Assembly (NCBI GenBank): GCA_951406725.2
Contig: OX597818.1
Span: 4,340,001 to 4,404,000 of the forward strand
DNA: 64,000 nt
Direction of reading: 5' to 3'
Origin: Octopus vulgaris
Lineage: Eukaryota
Shown: one piece after another, positions 26,359-42,511 of the stretch
How the letters are laid out: the number at the start of each line of letters is the position of its first letter
Position numbering within the stretch: position 1 is the first letter of the stretch
Notes under the pieces: model-generated
Databases searched by the model: none
Told to the model about the DNA's origin: nothing
Seen by the model: only the letters and a program-made list of their open reading frames with translations
Translations under genes and position numbers: made by a program

Positions 26359-26609
26359 TTATGTCATGTTTTGTATTAAAAAATAATCAACCGATGTGGT
26401 TCAATTTGTTTGTTGATCAAAAGTTTTCTCCATTTTCTGATTATTTAAATTTGATTTCTGATAAACTTTTGTTTATTCTGTTGTTACCTGTACCCTATGA
26501 GCATAATGTGCCTGCATGCCCATGCCCAGGCATAGCACAGGTAATTGATATTGACGTAAATCCGGAAACTATCATCGCTTAGTCAGTTATTACAACCACT
26601 AACTCTGCT

Positions 26610-26642
<33 letters not shown>

Positions 26643-26652
<10 letters not shown>

Positions 26653-27048
26653 TATTAGAGACAAAACCACTATTTTGCAAAACAAACAAGGAAAGACTTA
26701 ATCAATACATAAAATTTTAATAAATAGTCAAAAAAAACGCCACTACAATCGTTTCTTGTCTTGATCGACAATCTTCAGGTGGACTTCAATAAGTCAGTTT
26801 CAAAATTTGAAACTGACTTATTGAAGTCCACCTGAAGATTGTCGATCAAGACAAGAAACGATTGTAGTGGCGTTTTTTTTGACTATTTATTAAAATTTTA
26901 TGTATTGATTAAGTCTTTCCTTGTTTGTTTTGCAAAATAGTGGTTTTGTCTCTAATAATATTTTATAATATTTTACTATAAAATTGGATTTAATCTTAAA
27001 TCTGATTTTTTCCCTGTAAATTTGGATTTATTCCCTAATATTTATTAT
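26643..27048 (+). mobile_element. foldback mini-PLE, family B
   Basis: 162-bp arms 26643-26804 / 26806-26967, perfect by eye, plus ~80-bp tail; (TA)n flanks. Confidence 0.88.
26826..26872 (+). ncRNA. minimal hammerhead ribozyme (mirror copy on - at 26738-26784)
   Basis: CCAC-CTGAAGA-TTGTC-gatcaa-GACAA-GAAAC-GATT-GTA-GTGG. Confidence 0.85.
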
Positions 27049-27099
27049 TATATATATATATATATATATATATAATGATATATATACATAAACAAATGT

Positions 27100-27325
27100 G
27101 AAGGTGCGTGGCTCAGTGGTTAGAGCATCGAGCTTACAATTGTGAGGTTTTGAGTTCTGTTCCCAGATCAGGTTGCATGTTGTTTTCTTGAGCAAGACAC
27201 TTTATTTCACGTTACTCCAGTTCACTTAGCTGTAGAAATGAGTTGCGACGTCACTTGGGCCAAGTTGTATCAGCCTTTGCTTTTCCCTTGGATAACATCG
27301 GTGGTGTGGAGAAGGGTGACTGCTG
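27100..27325 (+). mobile_element. tRNA-derived SINE, older
   Basis: gtggctcagtggttagagc...cttgagcaagacacttta core. Confidence 0.75.
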
Positions 27326-27914
27326 GTCTTCCTCCCAAGAGAACAACCTTCGGTTTTGTGTTTGCCGGTGAGGTGACTTTCTGCCCAGAATTGTACCCCA
27401 GAGGGGCACCCCATAAGTGCACCCAATATATATATTTTGGATGACTGAAGTTGCGAAATTTCTTGTCAAGAACAGCCACATAAATGGTGTAATGAAATTG
27501 AAAGGAAAACATTGAAATTTCCTCTCTGCAAGTTTATGTTTTTCAACAGCAAAGGGAGCTATATTTTTTTTGAGAGATAAGCTAACAAAAGCCCCTTTAT
27601 TCTGTCTTCCCATATAGCCTGCACATAAAGTAACAGCAAATGCTGCATGAAGTTAAAAGGTTGATTCTTTGGGACAAATCATATGTGGTTGTTTAAAAAA
27701 GGTTACAATGACAATGCTAAAACATATTTGAAACAATGGACAACAGTTGAAATATGATAATGGATGGGTAAATAATCATCCTCAAAGTGAAACAACACAG
27801 TGATAGGTAAACAAAGGTATTAACAAACAAAAAAATTAATGCAGTTTGAATATGGAGATTAAGATTGTTTGATATTGGATATTCATCGCAAACAATGTTC
27901 ATAGTTAATTTAAT

Positions 27915-28375
27915 CACCATGGCAGGTGGACAGTCGAAATAAATAAATAGACAAAATCCTTTCAGTTTTATAAAAAAGGTTAAAAAAGTATAGAAGACCC
28001 TACACATACAAAAACTATGTCCATTTAGATCCATTTAGGCAGAAGTTCTGGGCAAAGTGTTTAGGGCATGACCATCCTTGGGGCATAAGTAATGTGTGTG
28101 TAAAGTTTTATGAAAATCAGTTGAGAATTGTGGAAATGTGTGTGTTCAGTGTTCCTAGTCAATTTAATCACAGTCACTGGTGGACAGTGGAAATAAATAG
28201 ACAAAATTCTTTCATTTTTATAAAAAGATTAAAAATGTATTGAAAACTATGTCCATTTATGCGGGAGCTCTAGTCAAAATGTTATATTGCATGACCATCC
28301 CTGGGACATAAGTACTGTGCATGTAAAGTTTGGTGAAAATTGGTTGAGAATTGTAGAAACGTATGCATTAGTCAT
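27915..28375. repeat. diverged ~250-bp tandem pair, possibly non-autonomous Helitron/Helentron-like
   Basis: ggtggacagt..aaatagacaaaat..aactatgtccattta..gcatgaccatcc..gtaaagttt..gttgagaattgt occurs twice. Class is a guess. Confidence 0.5.
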
Positions 28376-28531
28376 TATACACACAAATACTGTAACATAT
28401 ATACTAGATATAAATGTATATATGTGTATGTATATATATGTATATATTTTACATATATATATATATATATATTATATATACATACACATATATATATACA
28501 CATACATATATATATATATATTTATATATGT

Positions 28532-28573
<42 letters not shown>

Positions 28574-29094
28574 TAGTAGCTAAGCCCAGTTTCACCCAGT
28601 TGGTTTGGATGATGTGGCTGTAAAACCTGCTCCGCATAAGCATTCAACTTGTTTGGGCACGCTTACATTAAAAAAAAAAAACAATTTTAGAATGACTTTT
28701 TTCTATCAAAATGCTAAAAATAACTGACCAACTAAAAAAAAATAACTGACCAACTAAAAAAAACACAATTCCACCCAGCTGTTTGACCATGAATCCCAAG
28801 ACAAGAATCTTCTCTCTTCGCTCCTTTGTGCCACATGGGCTCAACTCTCCTCCCCTCTTCATCTAACCCTCCTCCTCTATCCTCTCTTGCTCTGACACCT
28901 ACTTCCTCTCTTCACTCCTACCTACCTTCTCCCTTCCACCCTCTCCCTTCATCATCACCCCTCCCCCGTTACCCCACCTTTACACATTCCAACCCACCAT
29001 CCTATACATCCCATCCCACTCCACACTATCCCTTGCACCTTACTCCTACATACCCCATCCCTACCCCCACCCACACCCCAACAAACCACACACC

Positions 29095-31072
29095 ACGTGA
29101 AGTTGGTTCATCTGGGACACCTGACAGGAGGAGATCCAGTTTCATTTTAAAGACATCTGCATCTACCCCATGCAGGTCTCTTAGGTTCTTCGGGAGGATA
29201 TTGAAGAGCTGTGGGCCTCGGAAGCCCAGGCTATCACAGTATCTTGTCCTACATCTTGATGGCAAATTTGGAGTCCTAGGCACCACGCAGTGGCGCCCAG
29301 TTCTGGCATTTGTCTAACTCACGTTGCCAAAGTTCGGGACACGTCCCTCCAGGATCTTCCAGATGTATATTATGACATATCTTTCCCGCCTATGCTCCAA
29401 GGAATATAGTTTTAATCTTTTGAGTCTTTCCCAGTAGCTTACATTCTGCATAGAGGCTGTCTTCTTCGTGTAGCTACGTTGGATCACCTCGAGTTCTGTG
29501 ATCAACTTGACGCTGGATGGTGACCATAACTGAGAGCAGTAGTCAAAGTGGCTTAGGACAAGTGACTTCCAGAGGACCATCATGGTTTCTTGTTCTCTTG
29601 TTCTGAAGGTTCTGAGAATCCATCCGGCCAGTCGTCTACATTTCATTGCCAAATTAGCAACATGTACACGAAAGGTTGCGTCATCACTCTTGTAAATACC
29701 CAGGTCACGCACTGATTGTGCCTCTGGGATTGCAATTCCTCCGGGTCCAGTTTATTCATTGGGTATTGCATTTAGTTTTGCATGCTGATAGTATAAAGCT
29801 TGAAACTTTCCAGCATTGAACTGCATGCTATTCTTTTCAGCCCACTTGTATATTTTGTCCAGCTCACATTGCAGGCGTTTAGTGTCCTCAGGGTTCTGTA
29901 TTGCCTGTGAAACTTTTGTATCATCTGCATAACTTGTGATCGTGGCTCTCTGCGTGGCTGAGGGCATGTCTGAGAGGGCCATTATGAACATTAGTGGACC
30001 CAGAACAGTGCCCTGCGGGACACCGCTCACTATTTGCATGTTAATGGAAGTGGCCCCATTGGCCACTACCATCTGACTTCTATCTTTCAGAAAGTCATGA
30101 AGCCATTCTCCCAGTTTTCCAACTATGTTGAGATCACGCAGTTTGTGACATATCATTCCATGATCGACTTTATCAAAGGCCTTTGCAAAGTCGAGATATA
30201 TCACTTCCACATTTGAGTGGTTGAGCAGCCGTTTCAGCACCCAGTCATAGTGTTGTAGGAGCTGAGTTAAACAGCTTCTCCCTGGTCGGAAACCATGTTG
30301 GGTGTCGGGCAGCAAGTCATTTTCTTCAAGGAAGGTGATCAGTTTCCTTCTGACTGTTCGTTCCATGACCTTGCTGATGTGTGAGGTCAGAGAGATAGGT
30401 CTGTAGTTCTTGGCCTCCGCTCTGCTGCCTCCTTTATGAATGGGGCATATTTTACCTTCCTTCAGTTTTCCTGGAAGTTTGCCAGCTGCAAGGAAGCTCT
30501 GAAAGAGGAACTGCAGTGGTCTTGCTAGGACTCTCTTACATGCTTTTAGGAGGATTGCGGGAATCCATCGGGGCCAGTAGCTGAGTCTGTTTTCATTTCA
30601 TCTATAGCCTTTATTACATCGTCTTCCTTTATATCGATGTAATCTATCGTCGCCGCCTCTGATTTTATATCTGCAGTGGTAAAGAAGTCAGTTGGATTGG
30701 TGATTTGGAGATGCCCAAGGGGTGGAGTGAAAACACTCTTGAATTGCTCATTCAGTATTTCACTTACCCTCATTGGTTTTTCTGTAAGTGTGCCATCCTT
30801 TTCAAGGAGTGGCCCTATTCTACAGTGCACTGTAGCTGTTTCTTTGGCATACCTGTAGAAAGCTCTGGAGTTAGATTTTATGTTGTCTATAGCCCAGGCT
30901 TCTTTGTCTGCTCTTTCCTTTTCATGGGAGAGTTGCAGACATTTTTCAATTTCCAACAGTTTTATTTTTAGGCGGGACTTTTCACTGCTTTCAATCTGTT
31001 TGTTTAGGCGATTTGAAATTTTCGTATGCTGTCTCATTAAAATTTTCCTCTCTCTGGGGATTTTGTTCTTTT
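29095..31072 (-). mobile_element. CR1-clade LINE RT region
   Basis: GPDG, QHGFRPGRSCLTQLL, YLDFAKAFDKVDH, SGVPQGTVLGP, YADDTK, RDLG, YCSQLWSP. Confidence 0.93.
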
Positions 31073-31074
31073 GT

Positions 31075-33896
<2,822 letters not shown>

Positions 33897-33903
33897 ATAT
33901 ATG

Positions 33904-33960
<57 letters not shown>

Positions 33961-34065
33961 GTATATATATATGTATATATATATATATATTTATGTATAT
34001 ATATATGTATGTATATATATATATATTTATGTATATATATATGTATGTATATATATATATTTATG

Positions 34066-34096
<31 letters not shown>

Positions 34097-34226
34097 GTAT
34101 ATATATATGTATATATATATACGTATATATATACATAAATATATATATATATATATGTATATATATATGTATATATATACATAAATATATATATATATAT
34201 ATATGTATATATATGTATATATATAC

Positions 34227-34259
<33 letters not shown>

Positions 34260-34262
<3 letters not shown>

Positions 34263-34455
34263 AGGCGCAATGGCCTAGTGGTTAGGGCAGCGGACTTGCG
34301 GTCGGAGGATCGCGGTTTCGATTCCCAGACCGGGCGTTGTGTGTGTTTATTGAGCGAAAAAACACCTAAAAGCTCCACGAGGCTCCGGCAGGAGGTGGTG
34401 ATCCCTGCTGTACTCTTTCCCCACTATAAAAGGGGGTGCTCCAGCATGGCCGCAT
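34260..34455 (+). mobile_element. tRNA-derived SINE
   Basis: A box tggcctagtgg, B box gtttcgattcc, non-tRNA body; (TA)n flank. Confidence 0.85.
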
Positions 34456-34469
34456 AAAAATTACTTAAA

Positions 34470-34506
<37 letters not shown>

Positions 34507-34518
34507 GTATATATATAC

Positions 34519-34564
<46 letters not shown>

Positions 34565-34616
34565 ATATATATATATATGTATATATATACATAAATATAT
34601 ATATATATATATATAT

Positions 34617-34784
34617 AGGCGTTAGGAAGGGTATTGGCGTTAGGAAGGGCATCCAGCTGTAGAAACACTGCCAGATCTGACTGGCCTGGTGCAGCCTTCG
34701 GGCTTGCCAGACCCCAGTTGAACCATCCAACACATGCTAGCATGGAAAGCGGACGTTAAACGATGATGATGATGATGATGATGA
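34617..34784 (+). mobile_element. RTE 3' terminal fragment
   Basis: ggcgttaggaagggcatccagctgtagaaac...ggacgttaaac(gat)n. Confidence 0.85.
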
Positions 34785-34790
34785 TATGTG

Positions 34791-34877
<87 letters not shown>

Positions 34878-34889
34878 ATATATATATAT

Positions 34890-35028
<139 letters not shown>

Positions 35029-35065
35029 ATATATATATATATGTGTGTATATATATATATATGTG

Positions 35066-35132
<67 letters not shown>

Positions 35133-35299
35133 ATATATATATGTATATATATATATGTGTATATATATATATATGTATGTATATATATATGTGTATATAT
35201 ATATATATGTATGTATATATATATGTGTATATATATATATATGTATGTATATATATATGTGTATATATATATATATGTATGTATATATATATATATATG

Positions 35300-35345
<46 letters not shown>

Positions 35346-35348
<3 letters not shown>

Positions 35349-38300
35349 TCATCATCATCATCATCATCATCGTTTAACGTCCGCTTTCCGCGCTAGCACG
35401 GGTTGGACGGTTCGACCGGGTCTGGGAAGCCAGGGGCCGCTCCAGGCTCCAGTCTGAATCTGGCAGAGTTTCTACGGCTGGATGCCCTTCCTAACGCCAA
35501 CCACTCCGTGAGTGGATTGGGTGCTTTTTACGTGCCACCTGCACAGGGGCCGGAGGGTCCAGCATCGGTCATGATCGGTTCGAGCTTTTAATGTGTCAGC
35601 GGCACGGGGGCAACGAGGTCCGGGGTACTTTGGGGATTGGGGTACTTTGGGGATCTGGGGTACTTAGAATGGGTAGGGAGTATGTGGAATTGCTGCAGAA
35701 AGCAGCCCGGGTCTTTGTAGTCACAGCATATCTCCAGAGATCTCGGTCCTTCGCCATTGCCTCAGTGAGGCCCAATGCTCTGAGGTCATGCTTGACTACC
35801 TCATCCCATGTGTTCCTGGGTCTATCTCTCCCCTGATACCTTCAACTGTTTGGGAGTGGCACTTCTTCACACATCTCTCTTCATCCATCCGCAGCACATG
35901 ACCATACCATCGCAAGCGTCGCTCTTGCACACCACATCTGATGCTTCTTATATCCAGCATTTCTCTCAGGATGCTTACACTCTGTCTTGCGTGCACACTG
36001 ACACTACACATCCAGCGGATCATGCTAGCTTCATTTCTTTCAAGTCTACGCATGTCTTCTGCAGTCATAGCCCATGTTTCATTACCGTGAAGCATGGCAG
36101 TTCGCACACATGCATCATACAATCTACCTTTTGCTCTGAGGGAGAGACCTTTTGTTGCCAGTAGGGGTAGGAGCTTTCTGAACTTTGCCCAGGCTATTCG
36201 TATTCTAGTGGTGATACTCTCTGTGCATCCACCTCCGCTACTAACTTGGTCACCCAGGTAGCAGAAACTATCAACTACTTCTAGTTTCTCTCCCTGGAGT
36301 GTGATGGAATCTGTTTTCTGAGTGTCTGTTGTGTCTATTGTCCCTGTGCATCTGCCGCACATGAAAGCTATCTTATCTGTTAATTTCCCTTTAATGTTGC
36401 TGCACCTCTTATGTGTCCATAACTTACATTGGGTGCATCTTATGGAGTTTCTACCTGTACCTTTCCTACAGGTTGAGCAGGGCCACATACCCGAGGGGGT
36501 GTGTGCTGAGTACCGCTTGCTGCTTACTAATACTTTGGTCTTTGCTACATTTATTCTAAGGCCCTTTGATTCCAACCCTTGCTTCCACACCCGAAATTTC
36601 TCTTCTAGTTCCGGTAGTGATTCTGCTATGAGAGCTAGGTCATCGGCATAGAGGAGCTCCCAGGGGCATCCCGTTTTGAATTCCTCTGTTATTGCCTGAA
36701 GGACTATGATGAATAAAAGGGGACTGAGGGCTGAGCCCTGGTGCACACTTACTTCTACCCGGAATTCTTCACTATATTCGTTGCCAATCCTAACCTTGCT
36801 GACAGCCTCTCTGTATAGAGCCTGTACAGCCCTTATTAGCCATTCTTCAATCTCCAGTTTCCGCATCGACCACCAGATAAGGGAACGGGGAACCCTGTCA
36901 AAGGCTTTCTCCAAGTCTACAAAAGCTATGTAGAGGGGTTTATCTTTAGCTAGGTACTTCTCCTGCAGTTGTCGGACCAGGAATATAGCATCAGTGGTGC
37001 TTCTACCTGGTACAAAACCGAACTACATTTCATCTAAACAAATTCTCTCCCTAATGAGATTGGTTATGACCTTCTCTGAGACCTTCATCACCTGGTCCAA
37101 CAGTTTGATACCTCTGTAGTTATTTCTATCTAGAGCATCACCCTTACCCTTGTAGCAGTTGACTATGGTGCTGCTGCACCAGTCATTGGGTATGACTCCA
37201 TTGTGAACTACCTGGTTTACAATGCGGGTGAGTATGGCATAGCCCACATAGCCAGCTGTTTTAAGCATCTCAGCAGTGATTCCTGATAGGCCAGGGGCTT
37301 TGCCTGGTTTCATATCCTTAATTGCCTTATCTACAAGGGAGCTGTCTATTCGGGTAGCTGGTCCCTCTACTGGGTCAACATTTGGCAGGCTCTCCTCCTC
37401 CCATTCATTCTCCTCATTCAGCAGTCTTTCATAATGGCTTCTCCAAGCCTCTTTCTTTTCACTAGTAGTAAAAGCAAGTGCCCCATCATCTATGCGGACA
37501 CATTTCTCTCCTATAACATCGCTATTTTCTCTGACACACTGTCTGGCAATCTGAAATACTTCAGCTCTTTGATCCTCGCGACGCTGGACATTGGCAAACT
37601 TCTTCTTTTCTGCTACATCTTTGGCAATGTATACCTGCCGCCCAGCCTCCCTTTTGGCTATCTGGTACAGTTCCCTGCTGCCCCCATCCTTCCAGGCTTT
37701 CCAGGCCCGTCTCTTTTCACAGATGGCTTTATCTACTGCACTATTCCACCACCACGTAATTCTAGGTCTGGAAGGGACTTTGCACCATCCACAGACTTGG
37801 TCTGTGGCACTCAGCAAGCTGTCCCGTAGGAATTCCCTTCTATGTCTGACGTCTGAAGCTCCTCCTCCCTCTCATCAAATTTCTTGATGAGTATGTCCCT
37901 AAATTTCTGACCATGCGAAGGGTTCTTTAGCCTCCAAATCCTTCTTTTCTGGATTGGTTTGTTTCTTGGAGTCCTTCTGGCCTCAAGCTTAAAGTCACTG
38001 ATGATTAGTCTATGCTGAGGGATACATTCTTCACCCGGGAGGGTCTTTGTATTCAAGAGCAACCCTGCATCCCGTTGTCTGGTGAGGATGAAGTCTATTT
38101 GGCTAGCGGAGTCTCCTGACTGATAAGTTATAAGGTGGCAGACTGGCTTCTTGAAGTTAGTGTTGCAGATTGAAAGGTTACATGCATCACAGAATTCCAG
38201 CAGTCTAGTTCCCTCATCATTTCTGGTGTCAATACCATAGCCACCATGTACCCCAGTGAAGATACCCGATTCCCGCCCAACATGCCCATTAAAATCTCCA

Positions 38301-38737
38301 CCTACAAAGATGAGGTCCTTGTTACTAGTCTTTGAAGTAGCCTGCAGAAGGATATCATAAAAGTTGTCCTTCTGATCATTTGGTAGTCCCGCTTGTGGGG
38401 CATAGGCTGAGATAATCATAGCTGTGCCACTCTGTAGGACCAACCTGAGCTTAAGCACTCTATCACAAACCCTGACAACTTCTATGACCTTATCCACCCA
38501 TTCCTCCGCAAGGAGAATGCCTACACCCCCTACACCTTCCGCGTTACCTTGCCAGTAGAGTTTGTACCTAAGTGCCTTGCCCGTGAGGACCCTAGCCGAA
38601 GCATCTCTCCATCTTACCTCTTGTATGCAGCATACATCAACCTGTCTTCTCTCTAGCATCTCTACAATCTCACTAGACTTGCCTGTCAATGTACCAACAT
38701 TGATAGTGCCAACTCTGAAAACTGGGAAGGAGATGTG

Positions 38738-38740
<3 letters not shown>
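35346..38740 (-). mobile_element. RTE-clade LINE, near full-length ORF2 (APE + RT), few disablements
   Basis: [29 protein letters not shown]; DLEKAFD, HQGSALSPLLF, YADD; (GAT)n tail. Confidence 0.95.
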
Positions 38741-38825
<85 letters not shown>

Positions 38826-38828
<3 letters not shown>

Positions 38829-39480
38829 GATTGATTGATTGATTCTAGTTTCAGCTCATGAGCTGTGGCCATGCTGGGGCACCGCCATTTGGTGTTGCTA
38901 CACGGTTTCACTTCACGAAAGCCTCTCAGCAACTGCCACTTGGTGCATGAGAGAGTTCAATGCAGCTGCCCTCATCTGCACCTCCTGCCGTGAAGTTGGT
39001 TCATCTGGGACACCTGACAGGAAGAGATCCAGTTCCATTTTAAAGACATCTGCATCCACCCCATGCAGGTCTCTCAGGTTCTTCGGGAGGATATTGAAGA
39101 GCTGAGGGCCTCGGAAGCCCAGGCTATCACAGTATCTTGTCCTACATCTTGATGGCAAATTTGGAGTCCTAGGCACCACGCAGTGACGCCCAGTTCTGGC
39201 ATTTGTACTCTCAATGCCAAAGTTTGGGACACGTCTTCCAGGATCTTCCAGATGTATATTATGGCATATCTTTCCCGCCACGCTCCAAGGAATATAGTTT
39301 TAATCTCTAGAGTCTTTCCCAGCTTACATTCCGCATAGAGGCTATCTTCTTCGTGTAGCTACGCTGGATCGCCTCGAGCTCTGTGATCAACTTGACACTG
39401 GATGACTTGCCTACCATAACTGAGAGCAATAGTCAAAGCGGCTTAGGACAAGTGTCAAGAGGACCATCATGGTTTAGGAC
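38826..39480 (-). mobile_element. CR1 3' end, same family, (TCAA)n tail
   Basis: 38988-39480 duplicates 29095-29585; ttgattgattgattgatt tail. Confidence 0.85.
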
Positions 39481-39934
39481 CATCATATATGTATATATAT
39501 GTATATATATATATATACATATGTATATATATATATATCATCATCATCATTCCAGATGTATATTATGGTTATCTGGGGTTGGGGAGCCCGCCTGCACCAG
39601 GCCCAAGGAGATATGGCAGTTTTTCTACAGCTGGATGCCCTTCCCAGTACGCCACATTCCGCATAGAGTGCGTGATCTTTTCGTGCCACCGTACAGCTAG
39701 ACGAGGCTGGATCGGCCACACTCGATGGTGCTGTTTTCTTTGTGATCAACTTGACACTGGATGACAGGTGCCATAACTGAGAGCAGACGTAGCTCAAAGC
39801 GGCTTATGTGCCACACACAGGTGTCCTCAGCCATGATCGGATGGCCAGTCGATGCGGTACTGGCTACGGACCATCATATCGGATGTATATATATGTATAT
39901 ATATATATATACATATGATATATATATATATATA

Positions 39935-42411
39935 TCATCTATCATCATTTAACGTCCGCTTTCCATCCCAGCATGGGCTGGATTTGATTTTCAACTGGGG
40001 TCTGGGGAGCCCGAAGGCTGCAACCAGGTCTTCACAAGATGTTCAGATCTGGCATTTGTTTTTCTACAGCTGATTTTGATGCCCTTGCCTAACAGGTCTT
40101 CACAACCACTCCGAGAGTGTAGTGCGTGATTTTAGCTGGACTGCCACCGACACAGGTAGGGGCCAGACGAGTTGCTGGCCTGAACTAGTCACACTTCGGA
40201 TGGTGCTGTTTCTTTGCCATGTGCCACCGACACAGGTGCCAGACGAGGCTGGCAGACGGCCACGCTCGGATGGTGTTTTTATGCGGTGCCACCGACACAG
40301 GTGCCAGATGAGGCTGGTGAACAGCCATGATCGGATGGCCAGTCGATGCGGTACTGGCTACGGCCACGCCCTCGGATGGTTTTCTTGTATGCCACCGGCA
40401 CTGGTACCACAAAGATACAAATTCCATTGATGTTCATCTATTTTGATTTGTTTTGATTTGATTTGATTTGATTTTCATTTTCACTTGCCTCAACAGGTCT
40501 TCACAAGATGTTCATCTATTTTGATTTGTTTTGATTTGATCTGATTTGATTTTGATTTTCACTTGCCTCAACAGGTCTTCACAAGTGTCACAAGAAGGAA
40601 GGTATGCACAGGTGGACTGACTACGTCCCAGGTAGGGGCCACGGGTTATGGCCTGACTAGTCTTGCCGGGTCTTCGGATGGTGTTTTTATGTGCCACCGA
40701 CACAGGTGCCAGACGAGGCTAACAGACGGCCACGCTCGGATGGTGTTTTTATGTGCCACTGACACAGGTGCCAGATGAGGCTGGTGAACAGCCACGATCG
40801 GATGGCCAGTCGATGCGGTACTGGCTACGGCCACGTTCGGATGGTTTTCTTGTATGCCACCGGCACTGGTACCACAAAGATACAAATTCCATTGATGTTC
40901 ATCTATTTTGATTTGTTTTGATTTGATTTGATTTGATTTTCATTTTCACTTGCCTCAACAGGTCTTCACAAGATGTTCATCTATTTTGATTTGTTTTGAT
41001 TTGATCTGATTTGATTTTTGATTTTCACTTGCCTCAACAGGTCTTCACAAGTGTCACAAGAAGGAAGGTATGCACAGCTGGACTGACTACGTCCCAGGTA
41101 GGGGCCACGGGTTATGGCCTGACTAGTCTTGCCGGGTCTTCGGATGGTGTTTTTATGTGCCACCGACACAGGTGCCAGACGAGGCTAACAGACGGCCACG
41201 CTCGGATGGTGTTTTTATGTGCCACTGACACAGGTGCCAGATGAGGCTGGTGAACAGCCACGATCGGATGGCCAATAGTCGATGCGGTACTGGCTACGGC
41301 CACGTTCGGATGGTTTTCTTGTATGCCACCGGCACTGGTACCACAAAGATACAAATTCCATTGATGTTCATCTATTTTGATTTGTTTTGATTTGATTTGA
41401 TTTGATTTTCATTTTCACTTGCCTCAACAGGTCTTCACAAGATGTTCATCTATTTTGATTTGTTTTGATTTGATTTGATTTGATTTTGATTTTCACTTGC
41501 CTCAACAGGTCTTCACAAGTGTCACAAGAAGGAAGGTATGCACAGGTGGACTGACTACGTCCCAGGTAGGGGCCACGGGTTATGGCCTGACTAGTCTTGC
41601 CGGGTCTTCGGATGGTGTTTTTATGTGCCACTGACACAGGTGCCAGATGAGGCTGGCGAACGGCCACGATCGGATGGTGTTTGTTACGTGCCCACAGCAC
41701 GGAGGCCAGTCGATGCGGTACTGGCTACGGCCACGTTCGGATGGTTTTCTTGTGTGCCACCGGCACTGGTACCACAAAGATACAAATTCCATTGATGTTC
41801 ATCTATTTTGATTTGTTTTGATTTTCACTTGCCTCAACAGGTCTTCACAAGTGTCACAAGAAAGAAGGTATGCACAGGTGGACTGACTACGTCCCAGGTA
41901 GGGGCTACGGGTTATGTCCTGACTCGTCTTGCCGGGTCTTCGGATGGTGTTTTTATGTGCCACCGACACAGGTGCAAGATGAGGCTGGCGAACAGCCACG
42001 ATCGGATGGTTTGTTACGTGCCCACAGCACGGAGGCCAGTCGATGCAGTACTGGCTACAGCCACGTTCGGATGGTTTTCTTGTGTGCCACCGGCACTGGT
42101 ACCACAAAGATACAAATTCCATTGATGTTCATCTATCTTGATTTGTTTTGATTTTGATTTTGATTTTCACTTGCCTCAACAGGTCTTCACAAGTGTCACA
42201 AGAAGGAAGGTATGCACAGGTGGACTGACTACGTCCCAGGTAGGGCCACGTGTTATGGCCTGACTCGTCTTGCCGGGTCTTCTCACGCACAGCATACTTC
42301 CATAGGTTTTGGTCACTAGTCATTTCCTTGGTGAGACCTAAAGTTCGAAGGTCGTGCTTCACCACCTCGTCCCAGGTTTTCCTGGGTCAACCTCTTCCAC
42401 AGGTTCCCTCA
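39935..42411 (-). mobile_element. RTE LINE 3' end with tandemly amplified 3'UTR
   Basis: RKTWDEVVKHDLRTLGL end at 42260-42411; UTR units start near 40430, 40895, 41364, 41795, 42125. Confidence 0.85.
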
Positions 42412-42511
42412 NNNNNNNNNNNNNNNNNNNNNNNNNNNNNNNNNNNNNNNNNNNNNNNNNNNNNNNNNNNNNNNNNNNNNNNNNNNNNNNNNNNNNNNNN
42501 NNNNNNNNNNN
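42412..42511. other. assembly gap (100 N)
   Basis: Seen directly. Confidence 1.

Noticed and set aside
26106-26582. 158-aa hydrophobic ORF
   Set aside because: Non-ATG start, no recognisable motif, overlaps an HHR-bearing UTR-like remnant.
27251-27620. Possible minus-strand exon or 120-aa ORF
   Set aside because: Weak acceptor, no convincing donor, runs into a SINE, no recognisable protein.
34260-34335. tRNA gene
   Set aside because: The tRNA-like head continues into a SINE body shared with 5710-5926; no clean acceptor stem or terminator.
39540-39880. Apparent novel CR1/RTE chimeric element (similar mosaic at 45480-45760)
   Set aside because: Short words from neighbouring repeats are finely interleaved near contig ends, typical of a low-coverage consensus artefact.
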